A stretch of DNA of 64,000 nucleotides from an uncultured Patescibacteria group bacterium (GTDB lineage Bacteria; Patescibacteriota; Microgenomatia; UBA1400; PJMF01), in the NCBI GenBank assembly GCA_905478415.1, contig CAJQIG010000002.1, forward strand, positions 5,573 to 69,572, written 5' to 3'. The notes under the pieces are model-generated. The model was not told where the DNA came from, searched no databases, and saw nothing but the letters and a program-made list of their open reading frames with translations. This document shows, in pieces, positions 49,179-57,681 of this stretch (its first letter is position 1; each line of letters begins with the position of its first letter). Position numbers and translations under genes: made by a program.

Positions 49179-49703
49179 CTACTCTTCCCGTATCCATAAA
49201 TACTGAAACTCTTTTCGAGCTCTAAATAAGTCTGATTCAATGGCTTTACAACTTCGGCCGCATCTCGATGCAATCTCAGCAACCTTAAGTTTATCAATGT
49301 ACTTTTGTTGTAAGAGCTCACCCGATTCCCGCTTCATTTTAGAAAGAACAGAAGCTACTTTTTCAGACACATCATCTGCATCGTGCACATGGGAGATCAT
49401 GAATGAATCAACCAATGGGAAGGTCTTTAAAGCCTTCTTTGCATATTTTTTTCGATAATAATCAGCAATTTCATGACGCAAGACTGCGTTCATCCACGTC
49501 CACAGCGAAGATTTTCCACGAAATAATCCAATTTGCTTCATGCAGTTTATAAACGTTTCTTGCACCAGTTCTTCGGCCTCGGCTTTATCAGAGACACGCA
49601 GCTGGGCTACAACAAGTAAACGATCAAAGTATGTAGTAAACCAAGTCGCAACAGCTCGTTGTTCACCGTTTTGAAGACCAGTAATAAGTTTTGCCTCTTG
49701 CAT
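49179..49703 (-). CDS. ECF-family RNA polymerase sigma factor
   Basis: AEELVQETF, FRGKSSLWTW (region 2); EIASRCGRSCKAIESDLFRAR (region 4). Confidence 0.92.
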   Translation of the reverse strand: MQEAKLITGLQNGEQRAVATWFTTYFDRLLVVAQLRVSDKAEAEELVQETFINCMKQIGLFRGKSSLWTWMNAVLRHEIADYYRKKYAKKALKTFPLVDSFMISHVHDADDVSEKVASVLSKMKRESGELLQQKYIDKLKVAEIASRCGRSCKAIESDLFRARKEFQYLWIREE

Positions 49704-49800
49704 GTATTTCAGATACTTTCATATAGTAGAGATACTCTAGGTGAAATGTTCAATCGCCTGGGGTAGTAAAGAAAGTTAAGTTACTATATAATACCATTAC

Positions 49801-50151
49801 ATGAAGCTTCAGTTGATACCACAAGCCTACGCTCAATGTTCCCCCGGAAGTGGAGGCGTTAATCTTGGTGACTGCCTCAAGCTTTCTGATAGTACTCCTG
49901 TCAGCGAAGTGTATAGCAACCCCGCTTTTCTCGTTAATTTAGTTGTCAGAAATTTGTTTATTGTTGGTGGCATTGTCCTAGTCATCATGTTCTTTCTAGC
50001 TGGATACAAATTTATTCTTAAAGGCAAGGAAGGTGTCCAAGAAGCACAATCACTTGCAACTAATGCCTTAATTGGCTTCATTATTATGTTTGCAGCCTAC
50101 TGGATTGTACAAATTATTGCTCTCATTACTGGAGCTGACATAGCACTGTAA
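49801..50151 (+). CDS. VirB2/TrbC-like pilin-family protein
   Basis: AYA-Q; TM-GKEGVQEAQSLATNALIG-TM. Confidence 0.75.
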   Translation: MKLQLIPQAYAQCSPGSGGVNLGDCLKLSDSTPVSEVYSNPAFLVNLVVRNLFIVGGIVLVIMFFLAGYKFILKGKEGVQEAQSLATNALIGFIIMFAAYWIVQIIALITGADIAL

Positions 50152-50156
50152 ACCGC

Positions 50157-50615
50157 ATGAAAATTCGTTCTCATTTCACCACTGTCATCTCTACCGCTTC
50201 TTTTTTTCTACTCGCCCTTATCCCCCAACTTAGAATTGTTTCTGCCGTCTTTGCTCAAGATGATCCAATTGGAACAATCGATAAACCAGAAGCTGTTGCA
50301 AACTTTGACAACGCTGGCGGAATTGGTGAAGGTGATATTGGAGTACTGTTTTTCTTCTCAAGAATGATTAGCTATATCACCATTGTTGCAGGTATTTGGT
50401 CATTCTTTAACTTGATCTTGGCTGGATATACCTATGTAACTTCTTCAGGAAACGCACAAAGTCACACCACCGTTCGAGATAAAATCACCATGAGCATCTT
50501 GGGAATGGTTTTGATTGTCACTGTCTATGCCATCGCCGGTATCATTGGCACTATTTTCTTTGGCAACTCCCTTTACTTCCTCAATCCAACCATCGAAGGA
50601 CCGGCTGCGATATAA
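50157..50615 (+). CDS. VirB2/TrbC-like pilin-family protein
   Basis: VFA-Q; TM-YVTSSGNAQ...RDKITMSILG-TM. Confidence 0.75.
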   Translation: MKIRSHFTTVISTASFFLLALIPQLRIVSAVFAQDDPIGTIDKPEAVANFDNAGGIGEGDIGVLFFFSRMISYITIVAGIWSFFNLILAGYTYVTSSGNAQSHTTVRDKITMSILGMVLIVTVYAIAGIIGTIFFGNSLYFLNPTIEGPAAI

Positions 50616-50630
50616 CCAAGGTACTGATTT

Positions 50631-51149
50631 ATGAAAAAACTTCTCTCTCAAACACTCATTTTTGCCATCATCTTTAGTAGTTTTTTACTGTTTACTCCTC
50701 AAAAAATTCAAGCCCAAGAGTGTTCTTATACCAGTCAGTGTGTTAATAACCAAAGCTGCTTATGTATCAGTGGTAGCATTTGCTTTCTAACTCCCTCGCC
50801 TTGTGGCTCCGCAATTATTGGAGAAGTGGCACCACCTCAAGGTGTAGCTGCTTATAATGAAGAAGCCGGTGGTGAAATTGGTCTCTTTAAGTTCGCCTCG
50901 AGGATTATTTCTCTCGCCTCTATTATCGGTGGTATTATTGTCATGGTGAACTTTGTTTCTGCTGGCTTTACCTATGTCACTTCGGCTGGAAATGCGAGCG
51001 CTCACGAAAAAGTTAAAGATAAAATCACCTGGGGATTAGTAGGACTAGCAATAATTGCTGCCTTCTACACCATTGCTGGTCTAGTCGGCCTCTTATTCTT
51101 TGGAAATGCAGGGGCTATCTTAAATCCAACTCTTGGTGGATCAGTGTAA
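50631..51149 (+). CDS. VirB2/TrbC-like pilin-family protein with N-terminal Cys-rich insert
   Basis: IQA-Q; TM-YVTSAGNAS...KDKITWGLVG-TM; close paralog of 50157. Confidence 0.75.
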   Translation: MKKLLSQTLIFAIIFSSFLLFTPQKIQAQECSYTSQCVNNQSCLCISGSICFLTPSPCGSAIIGEVAPPQGVAAYNEEAGGEIGLFKFASRIISLASIIGGIIVMVNFVSAGFTYVTSAGNASAHEKVKDKITWGLVGLAIIAAFYTIAGLVGLLFFGNAGAILNPTLGGSV

Positions 51150-51208
51150 AAGTACAGAACTTGAAGAAACGAGTACAAAAGAAGTAATAATTAGGATATA
51201 CTATACTT

Positions 51209-51577
51209 ATGTTAACGCTCATAGCACAATTTGGTGGAGGATTTGACACTGGCGATGCCCCTTTTTCTGAAGGTGTTGAAACCAATGAAGGAGCTCTTAC
51301 TAATCTAGAATCCTTTATTTCAAATATTATCGGAGTGTTAACTGTTTTTGGCGCAATTTTCTTTATTGTCTACTTTTTAATCGCTGCTCTTGCTTGGGTT
51401 ACCAGTGGAGGAGATAGTGGAAAACTGCAAAACGCCAGAGAACGCATGCTGCATGGGGTGCTTGGACTCATTATCTTAGTTGCCGCATATGGAATAGTTG
51501 GACTCATTGGATCTATCATTGGCTTTGATATCTTAAGTCCAGCTGAAAAATTACTTGAGTTAGCGCCAACACCATAA
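51209..51577 (+). CDS. VirB2/TrbC-like pilin-family protein
   Basis: TM-WVTSGGDSGKLQNARERMLHGVLGL-TM. Confidence 0.78.
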   Translation: MLTLIAQFGGGFDTGDAPFSEGVETNEGALTNLESFISNIIGVLTVFGAIFFIVYFLIAALAWVTSGGDSGKLQNARERMLHGVLGLIILVAAYGIVGLIGSIIGFDILSPAEKLLELAPTP

Positions 51578-51579
51578 TT

Positions 51580-52068
51580 ATGAAAAAACACATCACCACA
51601 ATTATCACCGCTACAACCACTTTTGGAGTAACACTACTTGCTCCTCTTAAAGCCTTTGCTGCTATTAATAATCCTGTCCTTCCCGAAAACTTAGGAGGAA
51701 CTGCAGATTCTTCTGAAGCAGCAACAAGTGGAACTGTATTTGTACAATATCTCGTCTCTCTTTGGGAATCTATGATAAACATTGGAGGGCTTTTAGTGCT
51801 CTTCTATTTTGCCTGGGGCAGCATTGAATGGATTACTGCTGGTGGCGATAGTGGAAAACTCGAGAAGGCACGTCTCCGAATGATGCATGCCATAATTGGC
51901 CTACTGATTCTAGTTTCAAGCTTTGTTATCCTCGGCTACATTAGCACAGCAATGTTTGGTGAAGAATTCCAAATCCTTAATCTTTCATTCCCGACTCCAG
52001 GAGACGCTGCTGGAGCAGCTGGCGGAGGTGGTAGTGGAGGCGGAGGCGGTGGTAATAACGTAATGTAG
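51580..52068 (+). CDS. VirB2/TrbC-like pilin-family protein with Gly-rich tail
   Basis: AFA-A; TM-WITAGGDSGKLEKARLRMMHAIIGL-TM. Confidence 0.78.
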   Translation: MKKHITTIITATTTFGVTLLAPLKAFAAINNPVLPENLGGTADSSEAATSGTVFVQYLVSLWESMINIGGLLVLFYFAWGSIEWITAGGDSGKLEKARLRMMHAIIGLLILVSSFVILGYISTAMFGEEFQILNLSFPTPGDAAGAAGGGGSGGGGGGNNVM

Positions 52069-52081
52069 TGGTAAAAATTTT

Positions 52082-52660
52082 ATGAAACTCGCACAAGTCA
52101 CACTCGATTTTGCACAAGAAGCAATAGATAAAGAAGTTCCTGGGACAGCTAACCTTGATGCTGCAAACCACGCATCTGGATTTGGTCCTCTCCTTGGTAG
52201 TATTTTTTCATTCGTAATGCTCATTGCAGCTATTCTGGTCATATTTTACCTGATTTGGGGAGCTTTCGAATGGATCACTTCTGCAGGTGACAAAGGAAAA
52301 CTTGAAAAAGCCAGGCAACGTATTACGGGCGCAATTTTAGGTATCGTGGTACTTGGTTCTGTTATAGCTATCTTTATGGTTGTCCAACAATTCTTAGGAA
52401 TTGAGGCCTTCACCTTTGTTGGTGCCAGTGGTGGCACTAGCAGCGGTGGCGGAGGTGGGGCGGCAGTGGCTGATGGTGCCTGTGTTGTTAATGGCTCTAT
52501 GCTCAATGACGGTGGTGCAGGAAATTACTGTACTCAAGGAGCAGCTATCGTTCGTTGTTTTCCTCCTGAGGGAAGCTATGCCAGCAATCACTATAACCCC
52601 TGCTCTTGTGTAGATGGATCACAGTACGAACGACCAGGCTACAACTTTGGTTCGTGCTAA
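52082..52660 (+). CDS. VirB2/TrbC-like pilin-family protein with Gly linker and C-terminal 6-Cys domain
   Basis: TM-WITSAGDKGKLEKARQRITGAILG-TM, then GGTSSGGGGG and a Cys-rich tail. Confidence 0.78.
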   Translation: MKLAQVTLDFAQEAIDKEVPGTANLDAANHASGFGPLLGSIFSFVMLIAAILVIFYLIWGAFEWITSAGDKGKLEKARQRITGAILGIVVLGSVIAIFMVVQQFLGIEAFTFVGASGGTSSGGGGGAAVADGACVVNGSMLNDGGAGNYCTQGAAIVRCFPPEGSYASNHYNPCSCVDGSQYERPGYNFGSC

Positions 52661-52682
52661 TAAACCAGCCAAAGAAATTGGC

Positions 52683-52748
52683 TTGACTATTTCTCTGGAA
52701 CACAGGTATAATTGAAAGTATTAAGTTTGTAACTAAAGTAATAAGGAG
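52683..52748 (+). promoter_or_regulatory. Sigma70-type promoter and Shine-Dalgarno site of the 52753 gene
   Basis: TTGACT (52683)-18 nt-TATAAT (52707); TAAGGAG at 52742-52748. Confidence 0.75.
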
Positions 52749-52752
52749 AAGC

Positions 52753-53157
52753 ATGACAAACTCACTTAAAAAAATGGCAGCTTCAGCTGTCGCTACCGGA
52801 ACCGCTTATTTAACAGCCGTTTCACCAGTATTTGCTCAAATTGACGTAACTACCATCGAACCAGGAAAAGGTTTCGCAACTAACATCGGTGATGTTATTA
52901 ATGCTGTTCTCTCTTTTGTCATGGTAATCGCTGCCCTCTTGGTATTTATGTACCTTATCTGGGGTGGTATCGAATGGATCACATCGGGTGGAGACAAAGG
53001 TAAGACTGAATCTGCACGTAACAAAATTACTGCAGCTATCTTGGGACTTATCGTTCTTGCTGCTTCATATGCAATCCTCTTAATTGCTCTTAACTTCATC
53101 GGGTTTGAAAACCTTGGAGATGCTTTCAGCAATGTTAAAAGAATTAATGGTAACTAA
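52753..53157 (+). CDS. VirB2/TrbC-like pilin-family protein, candidate major subunit
   Basis: VFA-Q; TM-WITSGGDKGKTESARNKITAAILGL-TM; own promoter, SD and terminator. Confidence 0.8.
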   Translation: MTNSLKKMAASAVATGTAYLTAVSPVFAQIDVTTIEPGKGFATNIGDVINAVLSFVMVIAALLVFMYLIWGGIEWITSGGDKGKTESARNKITAAILGLIVLAASYAILLIALNFIGFENLGDAFSNVKRINGN

Positions 53158-53184
53158 TAGATAGTTATCTTAGACTTGAAACCG

Positions 53185-53213
53185 AAGGCCTCGCACTCTG
53201 TGCGAGGCTTTTT
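53185..53213 (+). terminator. Rho-independent terminator
   Basis: AAGGCCTCGCAC-TCT-GTGCGAGGCTT followed by TTT. Confidence 0.88.
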
Positions 53214-53278
53214 GGATTCAAAAACAAACTTAGTAATATCGAGTGTTTACCAAATCTGATATACTAAGCCTCACTCAA

Positions 53279-53797
53279 ATGGAAGACATGCTAAAAAAAT
53301 TACTCATACTTTTTATCACACTAGGTGCTATCGTGCTCTTGTCAAATCCAGCCTTAGGAAAAGCTAAGACTACAAATGATGTTCTTGTTCAACAAGACGG
53401 TGATATTTTGTTCTTAACAACTACCGAAGCTACCAATTCAGCAAACACTACTAAAACAACCACTCAACAATCATTTATTTCTCTTGAAAAAAGCTGGATT
53501 ACGATTCCAAAAGGATTTGCAACTGATGTTGGCACGCTTCTAAATGCCATTCTCAGTTTTGTTATGCTCCTTGGTTCTTTGTTAGTTTTTACACAACTTA
53601 TTTTAGCTGGATTATACTGGATCACTTCTGGTGGAGATAAGGGGAAGGTCGATGCTGCTCGTCAAAGACTCATGGCTGCAATTATTGGTTTGATTATTCT
53701 AGCCTCAAGTTTTGCTATTCTAACAATTGGACTTAATTTTCTTGGCTTTGAATCACTTGATGAAGTATTTAAAAACACTAAAACAATCGCTCCATAA
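53279..53797 (+). CDS. VirB2/TrbC-like pilin-family protein, close paralog of 52753
   Basis: PKGFATDVG...NAILSFVM; WITSGGDKGKVDAARQRLMAAIIGL. Confidence 0.78.
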   Translation: MEDMLKKLLILFITLGAIVLLSNPALGKAKTTNDVLVQQDGDILFLTTTEATNSANTTKTTTQQSFISLEKSWITIPKGFATDVGTLLNAILSFVMLLGSLLVFTQLILAGLYWITSGGDKGKVDAARQRLMAAIIGLIILASSFAILTIGLNFLGFESLDEVFKNTKTIAP

Positions 53798-53831
53798 TTT
53801 GGTATACTAAAAAAGTAGAAAAATTATATTT

Positions 53832-54266
53832 ATGTCAACAAAAGCAGCTAAATTCCTTAACAAGTTCTCAAGCTTTGTGGCTGCTCTTGCTTTTTACCTA
53901 ACAGTGGCCACTCCAGCTCGAGCTCAAACACTTACCTGGAGCGGTGTCTGTGTCGGTACTACCGAAAACTCTACTGATGTAGCAACACTACAAGGCCTTG
54001 AATGCTTGATTGCGAATGTCTTTACCGTCATCATTACAATCATTGGACTAGCTGGATTTGTCATGTTTGTAGTTGGAGGAATTACTTGGATGCTTTCAGG
54101 TGGTGATTCTGGTAAGGTTCAATCTGCTCGTGGTTCGATGACCTATGCGGTGGTTGGTATGGTTGTGGCACTGAGTGCCTTCATCATCCTCAACTTGATA
54201 GCTTCATTTACTGGAATTAGTTTGATTACTCAATTTAGAATTCCCGTTGCTGGCGACGGTACCTAA
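53832..54266 (+). CDS. VirB2/TrbC-like pilin-family protein
   Basis: ARA-Q; TM-WMLSGGDSGKVQSARGSMTYAVVG-TM. Confidence 0.78.
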   Translation: MSTKAAKFLNKFSSFVAALAFYLTVATPARAQTLTWSGVCVGTTENSTDVATLQGLECLIANVFTVIITIIGLAGFVMFVVGGITWMLSGGDSGKVQSARGSMTYAVVGMVVALSAFIILNLIASFTGISLITQFRIPVAGDGT

Positions 54267-54327
54267 ATTAAGTTCCACCAGGCAAAAGTGATTGTTGAAT
54301 CACGTAATTCACGGTATACTACTGGTT

Positions 54328-57300
54328 GTGAACATCTTCAAGAAAATAGCTTCTATCATTTTCCTTTCTGCAGTTCTTTTTACCAGACCTCAAAAAATAT
54401 TTGCTGCCGTTGGTACCCATCTTGGGGCAGGTGATGTTGGCACACAAGTAAGTGTTATGAATGGTGTGATTGGAAATCGCCCTGGATTTCCCGTAACAAT
54501 TATGGCAGATATGGGTCTTTCTGACGACTCTTTAGGACAACTTGCAGCTGCCGCTAACAATAATGGACTCTTTCCAATTGTCCGTATTAACTATGCCTGT
54601 ACTGTAGCTTCTGACGAAGCTATCGCAATGGTAAATCGAGTTAAGGCTGCCTTTGGCAATGATGTCATCATCACTTTTGGAAACGAGGTAAACAACCAAA
54701 GCTCGGATAATGCTGGGTGTACCGATTGGAATAGATATGCAGCTAACTACAACTCCGTAAAGGGATTAGGAAATATTTCACCTTCTGCCCTTGATTGGTA
54801 CATGGGAGATCCAGCCTACAACGCCCAACTCTTTTTAGATTCTTCTGGCATGAATGGAGCCTACTCGGCTGCAGGCATACGAACCGCCAATGCCTACGGT
54901 TGTATTGGTGGCACCAGCAGTGACTGCGATCCAGCTGGTACTGACACCCAATCAATCGGTGTCCAGGGAACTAGTGGCAAAGAACTCTATATTACTGAAT
55001 TTTCCCTTTCTCCTGGTGGCGGTGATCCTCCCGATTCAAATTTAGCTAACGTTCTTGACTTCATTCAAAACCGTTCTGGCGAAATGAATGCAGCCCAGAT
55101 TACTCCACTAGTCAGAAATGTCTGTTCTGATCTGCAGAGTGAGGGAGAATGGCTTGTCTACGTTGAAGGTGAACTTTTTACTTGGGGTGGCACAAAAGTA
55201 GACCCCGACTGTAGCGCGATTGCTGGTACCAACGGGAGTAATGGCTATGACCTAAGTGATTTTCCAGAATACGATACCAGCCCCGATCTTTTTTACTTAC
55301 AACCAATATCAGGAATGCTCCCCCCAACCAGAAACGTAGACCTTATTCGCAAAGATTTAACTAGTTCAGGCTACGAAGCCTACTGTGCTGCCGAAAATAT
55401 TGAAATAAAACCTCGATACAATACCTCTAGTCTCATTGATAGATATTTAGAACTGTACCCAGATGGAATTAACTTGGCTGTTGACTCTGTCGCTTCAGCA
55501 GATTTTACCAATGCAAAAATTCCTATTTGGAGAGATGTCGAAGGCACAAAGTTTTTAATGAGCTCTCTTGAAGAATTCTTTAGTTTCAAAGACTTATACA
55601 CACAAGATCCAAATTATGCTGAGCTGAACTCTGCCCCAATCAACTCACTCTTAAGCCAAGAACAACGGTGTGTCCAATCCGCTCGAACTCTGTTGGCGAC
55701 CGAGCTTATGTGCGAAAAATTACTCAATCCTGGAGAGTGTGCACTACTTGCCCAGGCAGTACCCACTGGTGGAACTGTTGAAGAAGTCAGAACCATGATG
55801 CATGAGCTTATGCCAACCTACCGGGATGGTGGTATTTCAAGAGAATGTCGCAGCCTCTACTCTGCTGACCTTGAGGAAACACCAGCTATCAAAAAATTTA
55901 AAACAGCCTTACAAAGTTTTCCTCTGGAAATCAACAGATCGTACCGACTTGCCTTTTTAGTTGTTTCGATCGAAATGAAAGAACCCCTTCTCAGTGGAGA
56001 CGTGGCCAGTAAAATTTTTAACTTCTTTACAAAAAAAACTGAAGATTTAATTCCTAAACATGAGGTCCTGGTTATTGCGTTCAAAATTCCAGATATTGCA
56101 ACAAATAAAGGTGGTGGTGATGACTCAGGAAGTGTCTATTGGAATGACCCTTCGTACCTCACTCGCAACATTCTCCTTACCCAAGATCAAATTAGAAACC
56201 TAGAAGATGTCCGTCGTCCTCAAAAACGTAGTGAAATTGCTCAACTAGCAGAAGCTGCAAAGAATCAAAATGATGGTAGTCGTATTTTTTGCTATGAAGG
56301 CAACTTTCCAGATGGAGACGGCACTCCAGCTTGTAAAAATGAGCTTGGTAAAGCGGTCGTTGATATCGTCAATGGAGCCGCCTATGGCTGTGATGACAAA
56401 GAGACTGAGCCCGTAGCACAAATTAATGACTATGCTGGTCTGAGAGATCCTAAAGATCCTTATGGAAAAATCTATATCGACCAATGGGGAAATTCCCTCC
56501 TCCTTAACCTCTTTGGAGCAGGAAGTAATGCTGATGTAACGCATGTAGCTGATAATAACTACATGGACCCTCAAAAAGCTAAAACTTCAGACCCCTGGTA
56601 TGAAAAAATAAAAACACAATGGACTATTAACCCAACTACCTGGCCACCATCCGAAAATAAAACTATTGCTAACTACTACCTTGTTTACCCAATGGGCTTC
56701 GAATTAAAAGAAATAGAAGCTGTCATTAAAAACACCTTCTTTACTGCAGAACAGATTGCCCAAATCGAAGAAACAGAGGATATCTTAGATGGTTTTCCTA
56801 TTCAAGGTACTCAAATTGGTGTAGCTGGTGGAACTGCAACTTGGGACTTTCCTGACCCAGACAAAAACTGTGGTACAGATGCTTCGCCCAGCCCATGTAC
56901 AGAGTACGTCTCAATCCCTATCGAAACAGAAAATAAGGGAGTTGGTTTCTTAGGAGCAAATCTTGGATTTTGGCTGCGTCAGGTTCAAAGATCACTCAAC
57001 TCATCAGCATCAGCAACTCACAACTATATTACTTCGTGTAAAACTCTTGAACAATTTTTGTTAGGTCAATGTGCAGGAGGTATTGCAAGTGGAGATCCTT
57101 CTTCTTCAAACTTTGATTATGACACTTGTGGGTACAAGCTCGGTACCGGCTACTGTGCTCCCGATAATCTTGCCCCCTACTTTGCTGAAGCCGGCTTTGC
57201 TAACCCTCAACTCGAGGCAGACAAAGCCTCACGGATCTGTCAAAAAGAAAGTGGAAGTAGTCCCTATGCCTTTAATGATCGCTGCATAGAAGGCACTTCT

Positions 57301-57660
57301 GTTGACTATAGCGTGGGTCTCTTCCAGATTAATATGTTACCTCGCTGTCCTGGCTCTTTCTTAGATGGTAGCGGCAATCCAGATACTTCTGCAGCTTACG
57401 ATGCCTATGACCTTCCTTGTACTATTACTGACCAAGTTAATCTGAACGAATGCGCCCTTTCAAAGCTTGCCATTGGCTCATATGCACAACCTCGAATCAA
57501 CGCTAATTTACCAGCTGGAGCCTCTCCAATTCAACAAGACACCTTGGCAGAGGAAGCTATTAAAGCTGATAACAATATCAAAGCTATGGTACAACTGAGA
57601 AAAGCCTGGGGTAACTGGCAACCTTGGACAAATGGGGCAGGCAACTGCAGTATCGAGTAA
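54328..57660 (+). CDS. Large secreted protein: GH-A-clan-like N-terminal domain plus C-terminal lysozyme/lytic-transglycosylase-like domain
   Basis: Signal peptide (IFA-A); FGNEVN and LYITEF; C-terminal CQKESG...SVGLFQIN...NIKA...WQPW; GTG start 7 nt after TATACT. Confidence 0.72.
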   Translation: MNIFKKIASIIFLSAVLFTRPQKIFAAVGTHLGAGDVGTQVSVMNGVIGNRPGFPVTIMADMGLSDDSLGQLAAAANNNGLFPIVRINYACTVASDEAIAMVNRVKAAFGNDVIITFGNEVNNQSSDNAGCTDWNRYAANYNSVKGLGNISPSALDWYMGDPAYNAQLFLDSSGMNGAYSAAGIRTANAYGCIGGTSSDCDPAGTDTQSIGVQGTSGKELYITEFSLSPGGGDPPDSNLANVLDFIQNRSGEMNAAQITPLVRNVCSDLQSEGEWLVYVEGELFTWGGTKVDPDCSAIAGTNGSNGYDLSDFPEYDTSPDLFYLQPISGMLPPTRNVDLIRKDLTSSGYEAYCAAENIEIKPRYNTSSLIDRYLELYPDGINLAVDSVASADFTNAKIPIWRDVEGTKFLMSSLEEFFSFKDLYTQDPNYAELNSAPINSLLSQEQRCVQSARTLLATELMCEKLLNPGECALLAQAVPTGGTVEEVRTMMHELMPTYRDGGISRECRSLYSADLEETPAIKKFKTALQSFPLEINRSYRLAFLVVSIEMKEPLLSGDVASKIFNFFTKKTEDLIPKHEVLVIAFKIPDIATNKGGGDDSGSVYWNDPSYLTRNILLTQDQIRNLEDVRRPQKRSEIAQLAEAAKNQNDGSRIFCYEGNFPDGDGTPACKNELGKAVVDIVNGAAYGCDDKETEPVAQINDYAGLRDPKDPYGKIYIDQWGNSLLLNLFGAGSNADVTHVADNNYMDPQKAKTSDPWYEKIKTQWTINPTTWPPSENKTIANYYLVYPMGFELKEIEAVIKNTFFTAEQIAQIEETEDILDGFPIQGTQIGVAGGTATWDFPDPDKNCGTDASPSPCTEYVSIPIETENKGVGFLGANLGFWLRQVQRSLNSSASATHNYITSCKTLEQFLLGQCAGGIASGDPSSSNFDYDTCGYKLGTGYCAPDNLAPYFAEAGFANPQLEADKASRICQKESGSSPYAFNDRCIEGTSVDYSVGLFQINMLPRCPGSFLDGSGNPDTSAAYDAYDLPCTITDQVNLNECALSKLAIGSYAQPRINANLPAGASPIQQDTLAEEAIKADNNIKAMVQLRKAWGNWQPWTNGAGNCSIE

Positions 57661-57681
57661 TTGTTATCTCAAAAGTTGAGA

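Noticed and set aside
49801-54266. Small-gene array as integron cassettes or type IV (PilA) pilins
   Set aside because: No attC-like repeats or integrase; no class III signal peptide (G-FTLxE); the genes are paralogs with a two-TM hairpin
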